DNA of 64,000 nt from Bdellovibrionota bacterium (GTDB taxonomy: Bacteria; Bdellovibrionota_C; UBA2361; OMII01). Under the pieces are notes generated by a model that had not been told where the DNA came from, did not search any database, and worked only from the letters and a program-made list of their open reading frames with translations. The stretch lies in the NCBI GenBank assembly GCA_044360195.1, contig JBIKKT010000014.1, positions 919 through 64,918 of the forward strand, written 5' to 3'. Made by a program: the position numbers and the translations under genes. Of the stretch, positions 39,721 through 49,094 are shown piece by piece. Within the stretch, counting starts at the first letter, position 1. Each line of letters begins with the position of its first letter.

Positions 39721-40686
39721 ATGAAAATCTCTCATTTCGAGGCTGGCTTACTATGTGCCCTGAAGCTGGACGCGGATATTCCACTCAAACAGGTCGCAGA
39801 GAAGCTGGGGAAAAGTGTCTCAACGGTGAGAGCCGCAGTCGCCGATCTTGAAGAGCGCGAAGTCATCCGATTTTACCCGTTAGTGAACGTCCACCGACTG
39901 GGGTACTCGTTGTTCCGCCTGTACTTTACCCCAGTGGCCGCGCAGGAAGAAGCCCTGTTTCGCTCGCTCAAGGAGCACAGCCACGTATCATGGTTCGCGA
40001 GGTTCTCATCTGACCTGCACAAGTACTGCGCCTCATTTGTGTGCAGAAGTCCCCTGCACTACAGCACGATTATCTCTGAACTTGGAGCGCAGCATGGCGC
40101 GTGTCTTCACTCTAGCGCCACCCAGATGCAGATTAATCTCACCCTCTTCAATCCTAAACATCTACTACCTGAAAAGATTGATCTTGGCTCGGTATCGGTG
40201 AAGGCCGAGGGCCCTGTCGTGCAGATCGACGAGCGCGACAACCTGATTCTCTCTGGACTTCTTCACCATCGCTACTCTTCGATCCGCGATCTCGCCCGAC
40301 AGCTTGATGTTGCGCACTCAACCGTCCATGAACGGGTCAATTTCTTCAAGCAATCAGGCATTCTTGAGCGCTTCACATACCTGCCGAACATCTCTGCAGT
40401 TGGGCTCGATGTTTACAGGGCCCTCATAAAAGCACGCTCGCTGCACCCAGATGTCAGGAAGGAGTTCTTCGAGTTCTGTCGTCACCATCCCCTAATCACC
40501 GTGCTTCTTGAGTGCTTCGGTACTTGGGATTTTGAGATCGGGCTAGAATCTCCGGATCGCTCGTCTGTTGATGCAACTATCAACTTACTCACCAAGCAAT
40601 TTGGAAAGCTGCTTGAGGTCGTTGATGTTATGAAGAGGGAGGAGAGAACAAAAGACACCTGCTATCCCTTTTACCACCGACCCTAA
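39721..40686 (+). CDS. Single-chain double Lrp/AsnC-family transcriptional regulator (two HTH + RAM-like halves)
   Basis: 321 aa. Half 1 contains FEAGLLCALKLDADIPLKQVAEKLGKSVSTVRAAVADLEEREVI. Half 2 contains DERDNLILSGLLHHRYSSIRDLARQLDVAHSTVHERVNFFKQSGIL. Each half is followed by a ~70-aa beta-alpha-like segment. Confidence 0.75.
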   Translation: MKISHFEAGLLCALKLDADIPLKQVAEKLGKSVSTVRAAVADLEEREVIRFYPLVNVHRLGYSLFRLYFTPVAAQEEALFRSLKEHSHVSWFARFSSDLHKYCASFVCRSPLHYSTIISELGAQHGACLHSSATQMQINLTLFNPKHLLPEKIDLGSVSVKAEGPVVQIDERDNLILSGLLHHRYSSIRDLARQLDVAHSTVHERVNFFKQSGILERFTYLPNISAVGLDVYRALIKARSLHPDVRKEFFEFCRHHPLITVLLECFGTWDFEIGLESPDRSSVDATINLLTKQFGKLLEVVDVMKREERTKDTCYPFYHRP

Positions 40687-41114
40687 CCCTAAGGCAGCGA
40701 CACGAGACCGGGCCATGGGCACACGCTTACCTAAATCTGCTTGGGGCACTGAGTCCGGATAGCCCAGTATCTGTCGGCATTCTGGTGTTCACCGACCCAA
40801 TTCGCTCTGCTTTGAGGCGATCAATCTCTGCCTGCGGTATGAAATCGGGCATTTTCCTCGAAAGGCACCGCTCAAGACACCCTACAATCAGCTAACGTCA
40901 CACGGTTAATTTGCTGTCCCTTATCATCACTAAACATAAAGTCTCCTTGAAGGAATGTATTCTTATCAACACCTTGGACAGCTCGCGCTCGCTAGTAAAC
41001 CCGATCAGGCAATTGTCCCACGAACAGCCCAGCGTTTGGACAAACGCGTAAAACCCCCACCTACCGTTGGTTAGCACCGCGAAGCCCGTAGCATAGGTCG
41101 TAAGGAGACCCACT

Positions 41115-41933
41115 ATGAAAAACACCATGTGCCCTTCACCATCGACCGCCACTGCTGCGCTGGCTCTGTCACTGTTACAGGCCCCGCTTCTACCTGAGGC
41201 GCAGGGAGCTGACACAAGCGCAGCGCAGAGCAACACCAACATGTCTCAGGTAGAGCGCGCGCTGGTGCACGGCAGCAGCTCTGATGCGCTTACGATCATC
41301 AACTCATCAGCGCTCGATGGCGTGCGCCCTGCGGTTGTTGAGAAGGAGCTTCCTCAAGTCGTTGCGAAGGTCGTCAAGGAGCTCATGGAGCAAGGCAAAA
41401 CCGAAGATGCACAACGGGTGTTTCGCGCTATTCGCGATTTCTCGCCCGAGAGCGCCCTCCACGGTGCCCTTCAGGCATTCGCGGAACTCGATAGAGGATT
41501 GTTTGAGAAATTCTGTGACCAATCGATTTGGCAAGGAGTTAAGCCGTACGCCGGCCTTAAAGAGAAATTAGTCTCTCCTGCCCAATCAACCTCAGCCTCT
41601 CCTGCAAAGACTGCCGAGATGGTTGAAGTCATGGATAAAGCAGATGCTGCACGGATGAAGGCCCAACTTGGGCTTGAGGCAGGAGCGCTGTGTGCCACCG
41701 GCATTGCAGCAGCAAGCGGCAGGGCCTCAAGCCGCTCTTTCTTCAGTCGAGCGGTCCAAACACTCGGTGGAGCCCTCGCAGTAGCGGGATCCGCTGCGGT
41801 GTTCTGTTCGATCTTTGGCAGCAACTCAAGCTTCTGGAGCTGGAATAGCCTCATTGCCGGGGTATCAACCGTAATTACCTCCTACGGCCTCGAGCAGATA
41901 TGCAAAGGACTAGGGCTAGCTAAAGCTGATTAG
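41115..41933 (+). CDS. Exported or anchored protein with a multi-lobed C-terminal hydrophobic region (cassette B, gene 1)
   Basis: 272 aa with AAGGAG upstream and a signal-like N-terminus. Three Ala/Gly-rich hydrophobic segments lie in the last ~90 aa, including ATGIAAA, which is shared with the 163-aa protein. Confidence 0.6.
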   Translation: MKNTMCPSPSTATAALALSLLQAPLLPEAQGADTSAAQSNTNMSQVERALVHGSSSDALTIINSSALDGVRPAVVEKELPQVVAKVVKELMEQGKTEDAQRVFRAIRDFSPESALHGALQAFAELDRGLFEKFCDQSIWQGVKPYAGLKEKLVSPAQSTSASPAKTAEMVEVMDKADAARMKAQLGLEAGALCATGIAAASGRASSRSFFSRAVQTLGGALAVAGSAAVFCSIFGSNSSFWSWNSLIAGVSTVITSYGLEQICKGLGLAKAD

Positions 41934-41993
41934 TTTTAACCATTGAGATGAAGATATGAGCATCAATACTAATGAACCCCTTCAGATAAAAAA

Positions 41994-42692
41994 ATGTGTG
42001 GCCCCCTCTTGATGTCGGCAGTTCCGCAAACTGATGAACAAGGGATGTACCACGGAAGAGCGCAGTCTATCTGGATCACAACACGAGATCCTCTCAGTAA
42101 AGAGCAGCGACAACGACTGGAGGAGTTGGGTGTTACCCTCTCAAGCCCCGCCCCCGCGTATTCATGTGATTCGTCATTCGTCTACACGGCAGAACTTCAA
42201 CCGGGAGCAAACCTGAAAGCGTTTTTAGCGCTCCCCATGATCCTTCACGTGCGCGTCAGCGAGACGTTGAGTCCTCTACCAGAGAGCACGCCCGCACGTG
42301 GAGCTCTTGAGGAGCTACAAGCAACTTCAGGCGCAAGCTACTCGTTCATCGAGCTCCTCGGTCGAGAAGGAGTGTCACAGAGAGCGCAGCGAGTAATCCT
42401 CACTGCCGTAGAGAACCTGGTGGCGCCGGGCGAGGCGGAGCGTGAGGATTGCTCTGACTACAAGAAATGCTTTACATCGGTAGTGCGCAGCGCCATCAAA
42501 AAGACCGCCGGTCCTGGGCGGGGAACCACAGAGGGGATCACCTCAACGAATCAGCTCGCCAAAGCCCTGCAAGACGTTGCTGTCCAGGAACTCTCTGCGG
42601 ACCCCCACCCGACATCTCAGGCACTAGCACGAGATGTGGGGGAGCTCGGTGAGCAGCTTGCGTTAGTTGCTACGCCGCGACGTGTGCGGTAG
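41994..42692 (+). CDS. Hypothetical protein (cassette B, gene 2)
   Basis: 232-aa ORF whose stop lies 3 nt before the next start. The start codon is uncertain because there is no clear RBS. Confidence 0.5.
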   Translation: MCGPLLMSAVPQTDEQGMYHGRAQSIWITTRDPLSKEQRQRLEELGVTLSSPAPAYSCDSSFVYTAELQPGANLKAFLALPMILHVRVSETLSPLPESTPARGALEELQATSGASYSFIELLGREGVSQRAQRVILTAVENLVAPGEAEREDCSDYKKCFTSVVRSAIKKTAGPGRGTTEGITSTNQLAKALQDVAVQELSADPHPTSQALARDVGELGEQLALVATPRRVR

Positions 42693-42695
42693 CTT

Positions 42696-43700
42696 ATGAA
42701 TGTCGCTCCGAGGAGTATCGTGAGATCAAAGAGTCTTTCCGAATTTGAGGCAGCCGTCATCGATGCGGTAAAGCTTGATGGCGAAGTTTCTCTTAAAGAG
42801 GTCGCAGAGCGCCTAGGAAAAAGCGTTTCGACACTCCGAGCAACGCTCTCGAAACTTGAGGAGAACGGATACATTCGGTTCTACCCCTTCGTAAATGTGT
42901 TTCGACTGGGTTATTCGGTTTTCCTCTTCTACTTTAACCCAGTGCAGGCACAAGAAGATGCGGTGATCGCGACGCTGAAAGCAAGCGACTCGGTCTCTTG
43001 GCTTGCTCGGTACTCTTCAGAAAGCTTCCGGTACTGCGCTTCTTTTGTGTGCAAAACACCCCTTGAGTATCAGCGAGCGCTCGAAAAGCTGGGTCGCGAA
43101 CACGGAGCCTCTTTTCACTCAAGCGCCACTCAGGTGCAAACTGCTCTCTCTATTTTTAGCCCCAAATACCTTGCCCCAGCCCGAGCAAACGAGAGTTTCA
43201 TCACCCTCGAGTCCGAGGGGCAGGTTGTTGAGGTCGATGACACCGATAGAGCGATCCTTTCTGGCCTGCTCAACAACACCTACAGTTCAATCCGAGATCT
43301 CGCTCGCCAATTAGAGCTTCCCCACTCGACAGTCAGCGAGAGAGTCACCTCCTTAAAGGCGCGCGGAGTCATTGAACGGTTCGTGTATCTTCCAAACGCC
43401 GCAGTGTTAGGGATGGGCGTCTACACGGTCACATTAAAGGCTCGCACTCTGCACCCGAACCTGCGAGCGGAGCTTTTCAAATTCTGTAAAACCGAGCCAA
43501 CAGTTACAGTCTTTCTCGAATGTTTCGGCGCCTGGGATTTCGAGGTAGGCTTTGAAGCGCCTTCTCGGGAGGTGGTCGACGCTGCGGTGACAAGGATCTC
43601 TGCCCGTTTTGGAAAGTTGCTCCACGTTGTCAGCATCCTAAAACGGGAAGAGCGGATGAAGGTCCTTTGCTACCCGTTCTGTGCACCGGGGAAGGGGTAG
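42696..43700 (+). CDS. Single-chain double Lrp/AsnC-family transcriptional regulator, paralogue of 39721-40686
   Basis: 334 aa, collinear with the other copy. Shared strings include LGKSVST.RA, IRFYP.VNV.RLGYS, YCASFVC, HSSATQ, ILSGLL..YSSIRDLARQL, LECFG.WDFE and KREER..CYPF. Confidence 0.75.
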   Translation: MNVAPRSIVRSKSLSEFEAAVIDAVKLDGEVSLKEVAERLGKSVSTLRATLSKLEENGYIRFYPFVNVFRLGYSVFLFYFNPVQAQEDAVIATLKASDSVSWLARYSSESFRYCASFVCKTPLEYQRALEKLGREHGASFHSSATQVQTALSIFSPKYLAPARANESFITLESEGQVVEVDDTDRAILSGLLNNTYSSIRDLARQLELPHSTVSERVTSLKARGVIERFVYLPNAAVLGMGVYTVTLKARTLHPNLRAELFKFCKTEPTVTVFLECFGAWDFEVGFEAPSREVVDAAVTRISARFGKLLHVVSILKREERMKVLCYPFCAPGKG

Positions 43701-43728
43701 AGAAAACGAACGCGAACTCGCGGATAGA

Positions 43729-43959
43729 TACTGGAATGGCGGCGTATTCACGCGCATTTCAGAGGTAGACCTGAAAGCAATCAAGGAAGCCTTCGCTGAA
43801 CGGGTGCTCACACAGCTTCACAAGCGAGAGCTTATCACTGACGACAAGGTGGCCCAGATTCTCTCTCAGGATCATACAGGCTACGGGGTGCAAGTCGCTT
43901 TTATCCAAGACGAGCCCTCAATCAAGAACATCATGAAGTCTCAAGGGATTCCTGACTTT
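43729..43959 (+). pseudogene. Remnant of an IS91-family-like transposase (internal and terminal deletions)
   Basis: GGVFTRISEVDLKAIKEAFAERVLTQLHKRELITDDKVAQILSQDHTGYGVQ resembles the (A/G)GVF...FR..VL...LLSW.HSGF.V segment. It is joined directly to AFIQDEPSIKNIMKSQGIP, which resembles the C-terminal IAFI.DP.VI.KIL.HLGL tail. The catalytic core is absent. This rests on recollection of family patterns only. Confidence 0.4.
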
Positions 43960-44308
43960 TTTCCTACGTCGCCTTGGTGTACTCGGGCAAGTACCTCCTC
44001 CTATGAGAATTGCTCTAACCCATACCTCACAGCGTTGCGGTTCAGCGGGTGAGTGAGGCGAAGGAATCGCCTCACCACGGGTAACTAAACAGAGCCTGGC
44101 GAACCACAAAGCGATTAGACAAGGCGGCTAACTCGCAAGCTTTTTGTGTGCGAACGCCACCGCTGGCTCCTCATAGAGTCTACCTTTCCGGGCGTATGAG
44201 TAGATATCTGCAGATTTTACAGACTATCCGGGAGGAAGCATGCTTTGATTATCTTCCGGAGAATACATTCGTGATGCAGACTCAGTCGCTGTAGTGAGTC
44301 GTAGCTGG

Positions 44309-45160
44309 CTATTTCCCACGTTTTTCTGCTTTAGTTGGGCGCTCGCCCCGGTTCAGAGAGAGCGCTTCATTGAGGCCCTTCACATGAAGGAGTAGGTACG
44401 CCTCTGCATCTTTTGCATGGGCCGCAAGCTGCTCCGCCGAAGCTGCTTCTAAGACTCTAATCACATGTTCTGCTACAGATAACACATCAGCGGGGGTGCC
44501 ATTTGGAAGGAAGTGCTGTCCGATTTCATACTTGGTCCGCAAGAATCCGGAACCCGGAATCCCCCGCTTTGAGATGAGGTCATCAAGATGGAAAGCTATT
44601 GACTGTATGAATCGCAAGCCCGTAGCTCTGCCTGCGGGTACGCTAGCACATAAAAAAAGCTTATCTACGACGCGCGCCTTGTCAGCGCTAAGAACTGTAA
44701 CCAGGCTAGAAGAAATGTGCCCCAAAGCGGACGGTGGTTGAATTGCAAGCTTCTTGCTTAAGAGAGGTTGCGGCGCCTCTGGTTGTGGAGGCGTAGGTAG
44801 CACAACATCTTCGGCGGTAGATGGAGAGCTCATTTGCACAGTGGGCCGACTAGGAGTAGGAGGCGGGGCGGTGCTCGTTTTTGGGGATAAGGGCCCCCTT
44901 TTTCCGGGCGGTCGCGGGTCCATACCTTTCGCCCTCTTCTCTTCTCCATTCGGCCTGGAGGGAAGCGTCAACGCCGAAAAGGAATCCAGTTGTTCCTCCC
45001 GTCCGAGACAAGGCTTAGGCTCCTCTCGGTGGGGTGCCTCCGCGGCTTCCCACGGAGGCCTCGGTAGGGGCTGACCATTTTTGCGAGCCTCAGCACTCGC
45101 CAAGTAAAAGGCAATTCGGCTCTCTGGGGTATCTCGGGAGGTTATAGGGTCGATTGGCAT
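44309..45160 (-). CDS. Pro-rich protein with a ~130-aa C-terminal globular domain, function unknown
   Basis: 283 aa. The central region is rich in P/S/T (PPPTPSRPTVQ, PTPPQPEAPQP). I recognise no motif. Confidence 0.5.
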   Translation of the reverse strand: MPIDPITSRDTPESRIAFYLASAEARKNGQPLPRPPWEAAEAPHREEPKPCLGREEQLDSFSALTLPSRPNGEEKRAKGMDPRPPGKRGPLSPKTSTAPPPTPSRPTVQMSSPSTAEDVVLPTPPQPEAPQPLLSKKLAIQPPSALGHISSSLVTVLSADKARVVDKLFLCASVPAGRATGLRFIQSIAFHLDDLISKRGIPGSGFLRTKYEIGQHFLPNGTPADVLSVAEHVIRVLEAASAEQLAAHAKDAEAYLLLHVKGLNEALSLNRGERPTKAEKRGK

Positions 45161-45476
45161 AGTCTGTTAGTACTACTCGAAATGAAACCTCGAAACCTAG
45201 GAGAAAACAGGTCATCTATCAAGAGAATTTACCCTGTAGCAGGGCTACTCTTACGTATACCCAATCGCTTCCTGCCCGGATCGGTCGCGCGCTGAATCCT
45301 CTTGTTGTAGTGATATGTTATGGGCTGTCGCTATATTCAGTTGCCTCTTCATTTATACGCTAGCCCCAGTACAGAAAAGTGCTGGATATACCCCTCATCC
45401 GAGGACCCCCGTCTCTGGGATATTACAATTGCCGAGATCCTCGGAGTGCCTTTCATGTATCGCTCTCCATCATCTC

Positions 45477-46871
45477 TTACGGTCCTGTTGTGCCGTCGTG
45501 ATGTACCGTCAGTGGAGCTGCACGGACCCCGATGTCACGAGTATTCGACGCTACAATCATCTCCCCGAACAACGATGTCGCAGACCTGTCCCCTCGAGAC
45601 AGAGCGGAGAGGTCGTACCGAGCTGCTGGGGGTATGAGCTCGCCAGGAGCAGGGTGATACTCCACGATAAGCTCGGGGCGCCCATCATCAAGGTGCACCG
45701 TAACAGAACGAACCACAGCCGGATTGAACACTATTCGTGAGGTCCCTCTGCCGTACATCGGTCGAAGCTCTATACCATCGAACATGTCGCGTATCTCGCG
45801 ACCTTGGGTATCGCTCCGTTGACTCACGCCGCTCGCGCATACTCTGATCCCAACGGTTTTGAGATAGGAATCCGAGTTGAGTGGTCCAAGGATGGCGATC
45901 GGAACCTGTGAGCCGGTCAATCGGGTGACTCCGCTACAGAGGGTAGGACTGATGCGTTGAAGCACCTTTACGTGCTCACTAAACATCCACGGCTCAAGCT
46001 CGGGATAGAGTGCACCATCGTGTATGGATGGAATGTGAATCGTGCCTTTTTCTGTCTCGCACTGAGCAATCACGACGACCGTAGTGCGAATCACTGAGAC
46101 CCCCTCCAGAGGTAGTCCCAGCATGCCCGCCCAGGCGTGCACCTTATTTTCCCTCCACGTCCAATCTCTGACGCCGAGGGAAGGGGCAAGCGACCTCTCA
46201 AGCTCCGACACAATCGCACCCGCGAGTGGGTAGTAGGCCTCTACGGTAATGTTTTTGAGTAAATCAAACATCGCGACGGATGCCGTGGCTCGATTCAATG
46301 CTCCTTCACGCCCCACAAACCGTTCAGGTTGAATGAGAATTGTTGGAGCAGTTCGCAAAATATTCTTGCGAAGATAGTCGCACAAGAGAAAGAGCACCTC
46401 AGGAGAAGCAGACCGAAGCCGCGCCATGACGAGATTTACATCTCTGTCTCGTGCACCGTTGTCGCTCTCGGGTGCGTCCTGAGGGGAAGGACGTGTGTTC
46501 GGTCTCGGTCTTTCATTCGGACGGTCCTGTTCACCCGAGTGCGACGGTTCTTGCAGTTTTTTCTCGAGCTCCTCCCACGCGCGTTGGACCACGGCGAAGA
46601 GCGCCGCTGCGCGCGTTTTATCGGACATTAAGGTCGAATCAGGGTGAAACGCTCTGGAGAGAGCCCGGAATCGGGCGCGTGCGTCATCGAGGGATGCGTC
46701 TGATGATACGTTAAGAATTCTGCGGCACTCTTGTTCCGAGGGTACGTATTTTACCCGGCTCATGAGGTCGCCCAGTCCCAGTCTTTCAATCCGTTGCGCT
46801 TCCGCCTCTGGGTTGATTCGGGGGGTTCCAGCGGCTCCGCGGGAAGAATGCTCGGTATGAGTTCCTGACAT
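45477..46871 (-). CDS. J-domain protein with a large unknown C-terminal domain
   Basis: 464 aa with GGAGAA 6 nt upstream of the ATG. The J-domain signature is CRRILNVSSDASLDDARARFRALSRAFHPDS...VVQRAWEEL, which includes the HPD tripeptide. It lacks the DnaJ Gly/Phe and zinc-finger regions. Confidence 0.7.
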   Translation of the reverse strand: MSGTHTEHSSRGAAGTPRINPEAEAQRIERLGLGDLMSRVKYVPSEQECRRILNVSSDASLDDARARFRALSRAFHPDSTLMSDKTRAAALFAVVQRAWEELEKKLQEPSHSGEQDRPNERPRPNTRPSPQDAPESDNGARDRDVNLVMARLRSASPEVLFLLCDYLRKNILRTAPTILIQPERFVGREGALNRATASVAMFDLLKNITVEAYYPLAGAIVSELERSLAPSLGVRDWTWRENKVHAWAGMLGLPLEGVSVIRTTVVVIAQCETEKGTIHIPSIHDGALYPELEPWMFSEHVKVLQRISPTLCSGVTRLTGSQVPIAILGPLNSDSYLKTVGIRVCASGVSQRSDTQGREIRDMFDGIELRPMYGRGTSRIVFNPAVVRSVTVHLDDGRPELIVEYHPAPGELIPPAARYDLSALSRGDRSATSLFGEMIVASNTRDIGVRAAPLTVHHDGTTGP

Positions 46872-47081
46872 AGAGTGTTCTCCTAGTAGTTACAAGGGTC
46901 TCACATTGAGGTAGGTACGCGAGCCGTTTGGCGAATGTCCGAAGAATACGTGTCTCGTCGTTCAAACGTTTGGCACAGCTCTTTTCCGACCTGGTTCGCC
47001 CGAGGACAACCTCGATGCGAAAGAAAATGCTCTGAAGTGGTCTGCAGGGCCGCACGCAGGATGTGCATCCACATAATTCCG

Positions 47082-48482
47082 CTATCCGCGGTTACGACCA
47101 GTCAATACACCCACCCATAGCTTTTCACGGACTGCGTCACCTTGAGCTAGCAGGACGAAAAGAGGGCTCTCTCGGATCTCACGCTCGTTTGGGAGACGCT
47201 GCTCGTTTCGCTCACGCCAGATCTCTCGAATGTGTCTGAGCCACACTTTGTGGAGCGAGAGGCGTAAAACTTGAGTGGCGAGGCTGTGAGCGCCGCCATA
47301 TTCGGCGAACTCCGACTCGTTTGAGGTAGGAATTTGCTCCGACGCGCTCACGCTCCCACCTGATTCGGTTTGTTCCGATATATCGTAGAGGTTGATGGGC
47401 TTAGTGCGGATCCGCTCAAGCCATGCGTTATACTGACGGTACCACGGTGACTCGTTGAGCTCGTTCAGTGCGGCCGCTGTCTGAGCGAACCCGGGGGATG
47501 TATCGTGACGGAGCACGCTCATAAGCATATATCTATCAAGGCTTAGCGAAGAATCCGGCTGTAACCGCAACCGGGCGGTTGCTCTCTCTACCTGTTCAAG
47601 CTCTTTGATGCTCGTTACCTGGTGCTCGTGTATGCAACCGTCGTGAAAAGCGAAGAAGGTCTCTTGCGATCGAAGCCAGGCGGTGAACTCCCTTGCGATC
47701 ACTTGCTGAGGCTCTTGAGGGAGCGATTCGAACGCTGCAACGACCTTTTGGAGAGCGGGCGGATTGAGCGCTCCTTTGTTGAGGTAGGTAAAGAGCGTCT
47801 GAAGCGCCTCTCTGTGTGGCTCAAGGTGTGGACAGCGGGTATAGATGTCATCGACCACCGTGGAGTACTCTCCAGGTTTAGCTCTCTCGATGTCAGCGAG
47901 GACGTTTTTGAAATCCGCGGGATCCGCGCAGGCTCTCGCAAGGAAGATCGCTTCGCGTAGGTCTTTCTCATCCGAGGCAGAGGATTGCTTAACATGCAAC
48001 ATCAAAGAACGATAGTAGTCGCGAGTTCGCATGTAGTGCTCATCGTATTGGCTTGTGATGTTTCGGTCCTTGAGGTTCTCGTTGAGTAATCCTTGAATCT
48101 CTTTACCTATCTTGACTATCGCCTCGCGAGTTTCCGTGGAGCTATGAGGAAGGAGCCGTGCTTTCGGACAATCCATGACAAATGGCTGGAGGAGCTTTTT
48201 TAGGACCCGCTCATTTCCCCATAACGGTTGAGACTCCCCCGCGAGGAGCGTCTGAGCGGCGTGTTTATAGTGAAGTGGGCCTGTCTGAGAGATGATAGTG
48301 TCTACGTCTCGCTCGATCGTTCCTTCAAGGTTCACGACATCTTCGGTGCGTAGGCGGGTTCGTAAGTCTCCGAGTACTAAGATAGCCGGAAGCCTTAACC
48401 CCATGGGATAGGGGAACTCTCTCGATACTTCGGCAGTAGGGGTTGGTAAAGTGAGTGGTTTCTCTTCTTTTCCTTCTCTCAT
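47082..48482 (-). CDS. Hypothetical protein (466 aa) upstream of the J-domain gene
   Basis: I chose the ATG at 48482 because AAGGAG lies 7 nt upstream. The ORF track extends the frame to 48548. I recognise no motif. Confidence 0.6.
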   Translation of the reverse strand: MREGKEEKPLTLPTPTAEVSREFPYPMGLRLPAILVLGDLRTRLRTEDVVNLEGTIERDVDTIISQTGPLHYKHAAQTLLAGESQPLWGNERVLKKLLQPFVMDCPKARLLPHSSTETREAIVKIGKEIQGLLNENLKDRNITSQYDEHYMRTRDYYRSLMLHVKQSSASDEKDLREAIFLARACADPADFKNVLADIERAKPGEYSTVVDDIYTRCPHLEPHREALQTLFTYLNKGALNPPALQKVVAAFESLPQEPQQVIAREFTAWLRSQETFFAFHDGCIHEHQVTSIKELEQVERATARLRLQPDSSLSLDRYMLMSVLRHDTSPGFAQTAAALNELNESPWYRQYNAWLERIRTKPINLYDISEQTESGGSVSASEQIPTSNESEFAEYGGAHSLATQVLRLSLHKVWLRHIREIWRERNEQRLPNEREIRESPLFVLLAQGDAVREKLWVGVLTGRNRG

Positions 48483-48551
48483 ACGGGGCTCCTTAATAAG
48501 CTGGAAGCAGATGCTTCGGTATTTCCTAGGAGGGTAGCTGTCTCTCAAACG

Positions 48552-49015
48552 CTAACGTAGAGGGCTGGGTATTTGACCGGTCGGGGTTGCGATAGCCGGA
48601 CAAAGTTGTGTGGAGCTATGACGAGAAGTCACATTCTTTGTGTCGAGCAGGTCCTCGCGGTGTGTAAAGTACTTATAGAGGGCGTATGCGGTCGCAATCC
48701 CAGCTGCCGCAACAACTCCGACTTGAATAGCCGTTATCCCAAAGCTGGCGCGAGAGAGTAATGAGAAGTGTTTCTCAATGACCGCCATGCATGCTTTCAA
48801 GAACGGCGCGAAGACGAACTTCTCTACAATAGGCTCGGTCACCACTGACGCCGCACGCCCGGGTCCATACTTTGCACAGAGGGCATCTGCGCCTATCCAA
48901 CGAGCTACCCGTCAATACCGTCAGGCACCGCTGCGTCAGTAGCAACGCGTCCTGCTGATGTGCCCACCGCATCGATGAGATCTTTCGCCAACGACACAAA
49001 GAAATCTACAGACAT
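48552..49015 (-). pseudogene. Frameshifted paralogue of the 163-aa anchored protein (39134-39625)
   Basis: Frame A (49015-48905) reads MSVDFFVSLAKDLIDAVGTSAGRVATDAAVPDGIDG*. The similarity then continues in another frame as VARWIGADALCAKYGPGRAASVVTEPIVEKFVFAPFLKACMAVIEKH...GITAIQVGVVAAAGIATAYALYKYF. This is collinear with VAVAKELVHAASGTAGGVAADVAVPDGIEAFARLVGADGLLAKYGPGRAASAVAEPLVERL... Confidence 0.65.
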
Positions 49016-49094
49016 TCCCCCTCGGTAAAAGCGTGTCTTTAAAGGGCCTCTTTTCTTAACTTACTTTACCATCCTCCACTGACCTGCGAAGTAC

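Noticed and set aside
40898-41242. 114-aa minus-strand ORF overlapping the start of 41115-41933
   Set aside because: It has no RBS or motif and overlaps a gene with a strong AAGGAG RBS. It is likely spurious.
43681-44052. Treating the 123-aa ORF as an intact gene
   Set aside because: Only the middle resembles transposase segments. It overlaps the regulator's 3' end, lacks an RBS and lacks the catalytic core. I therefore called it a relic.
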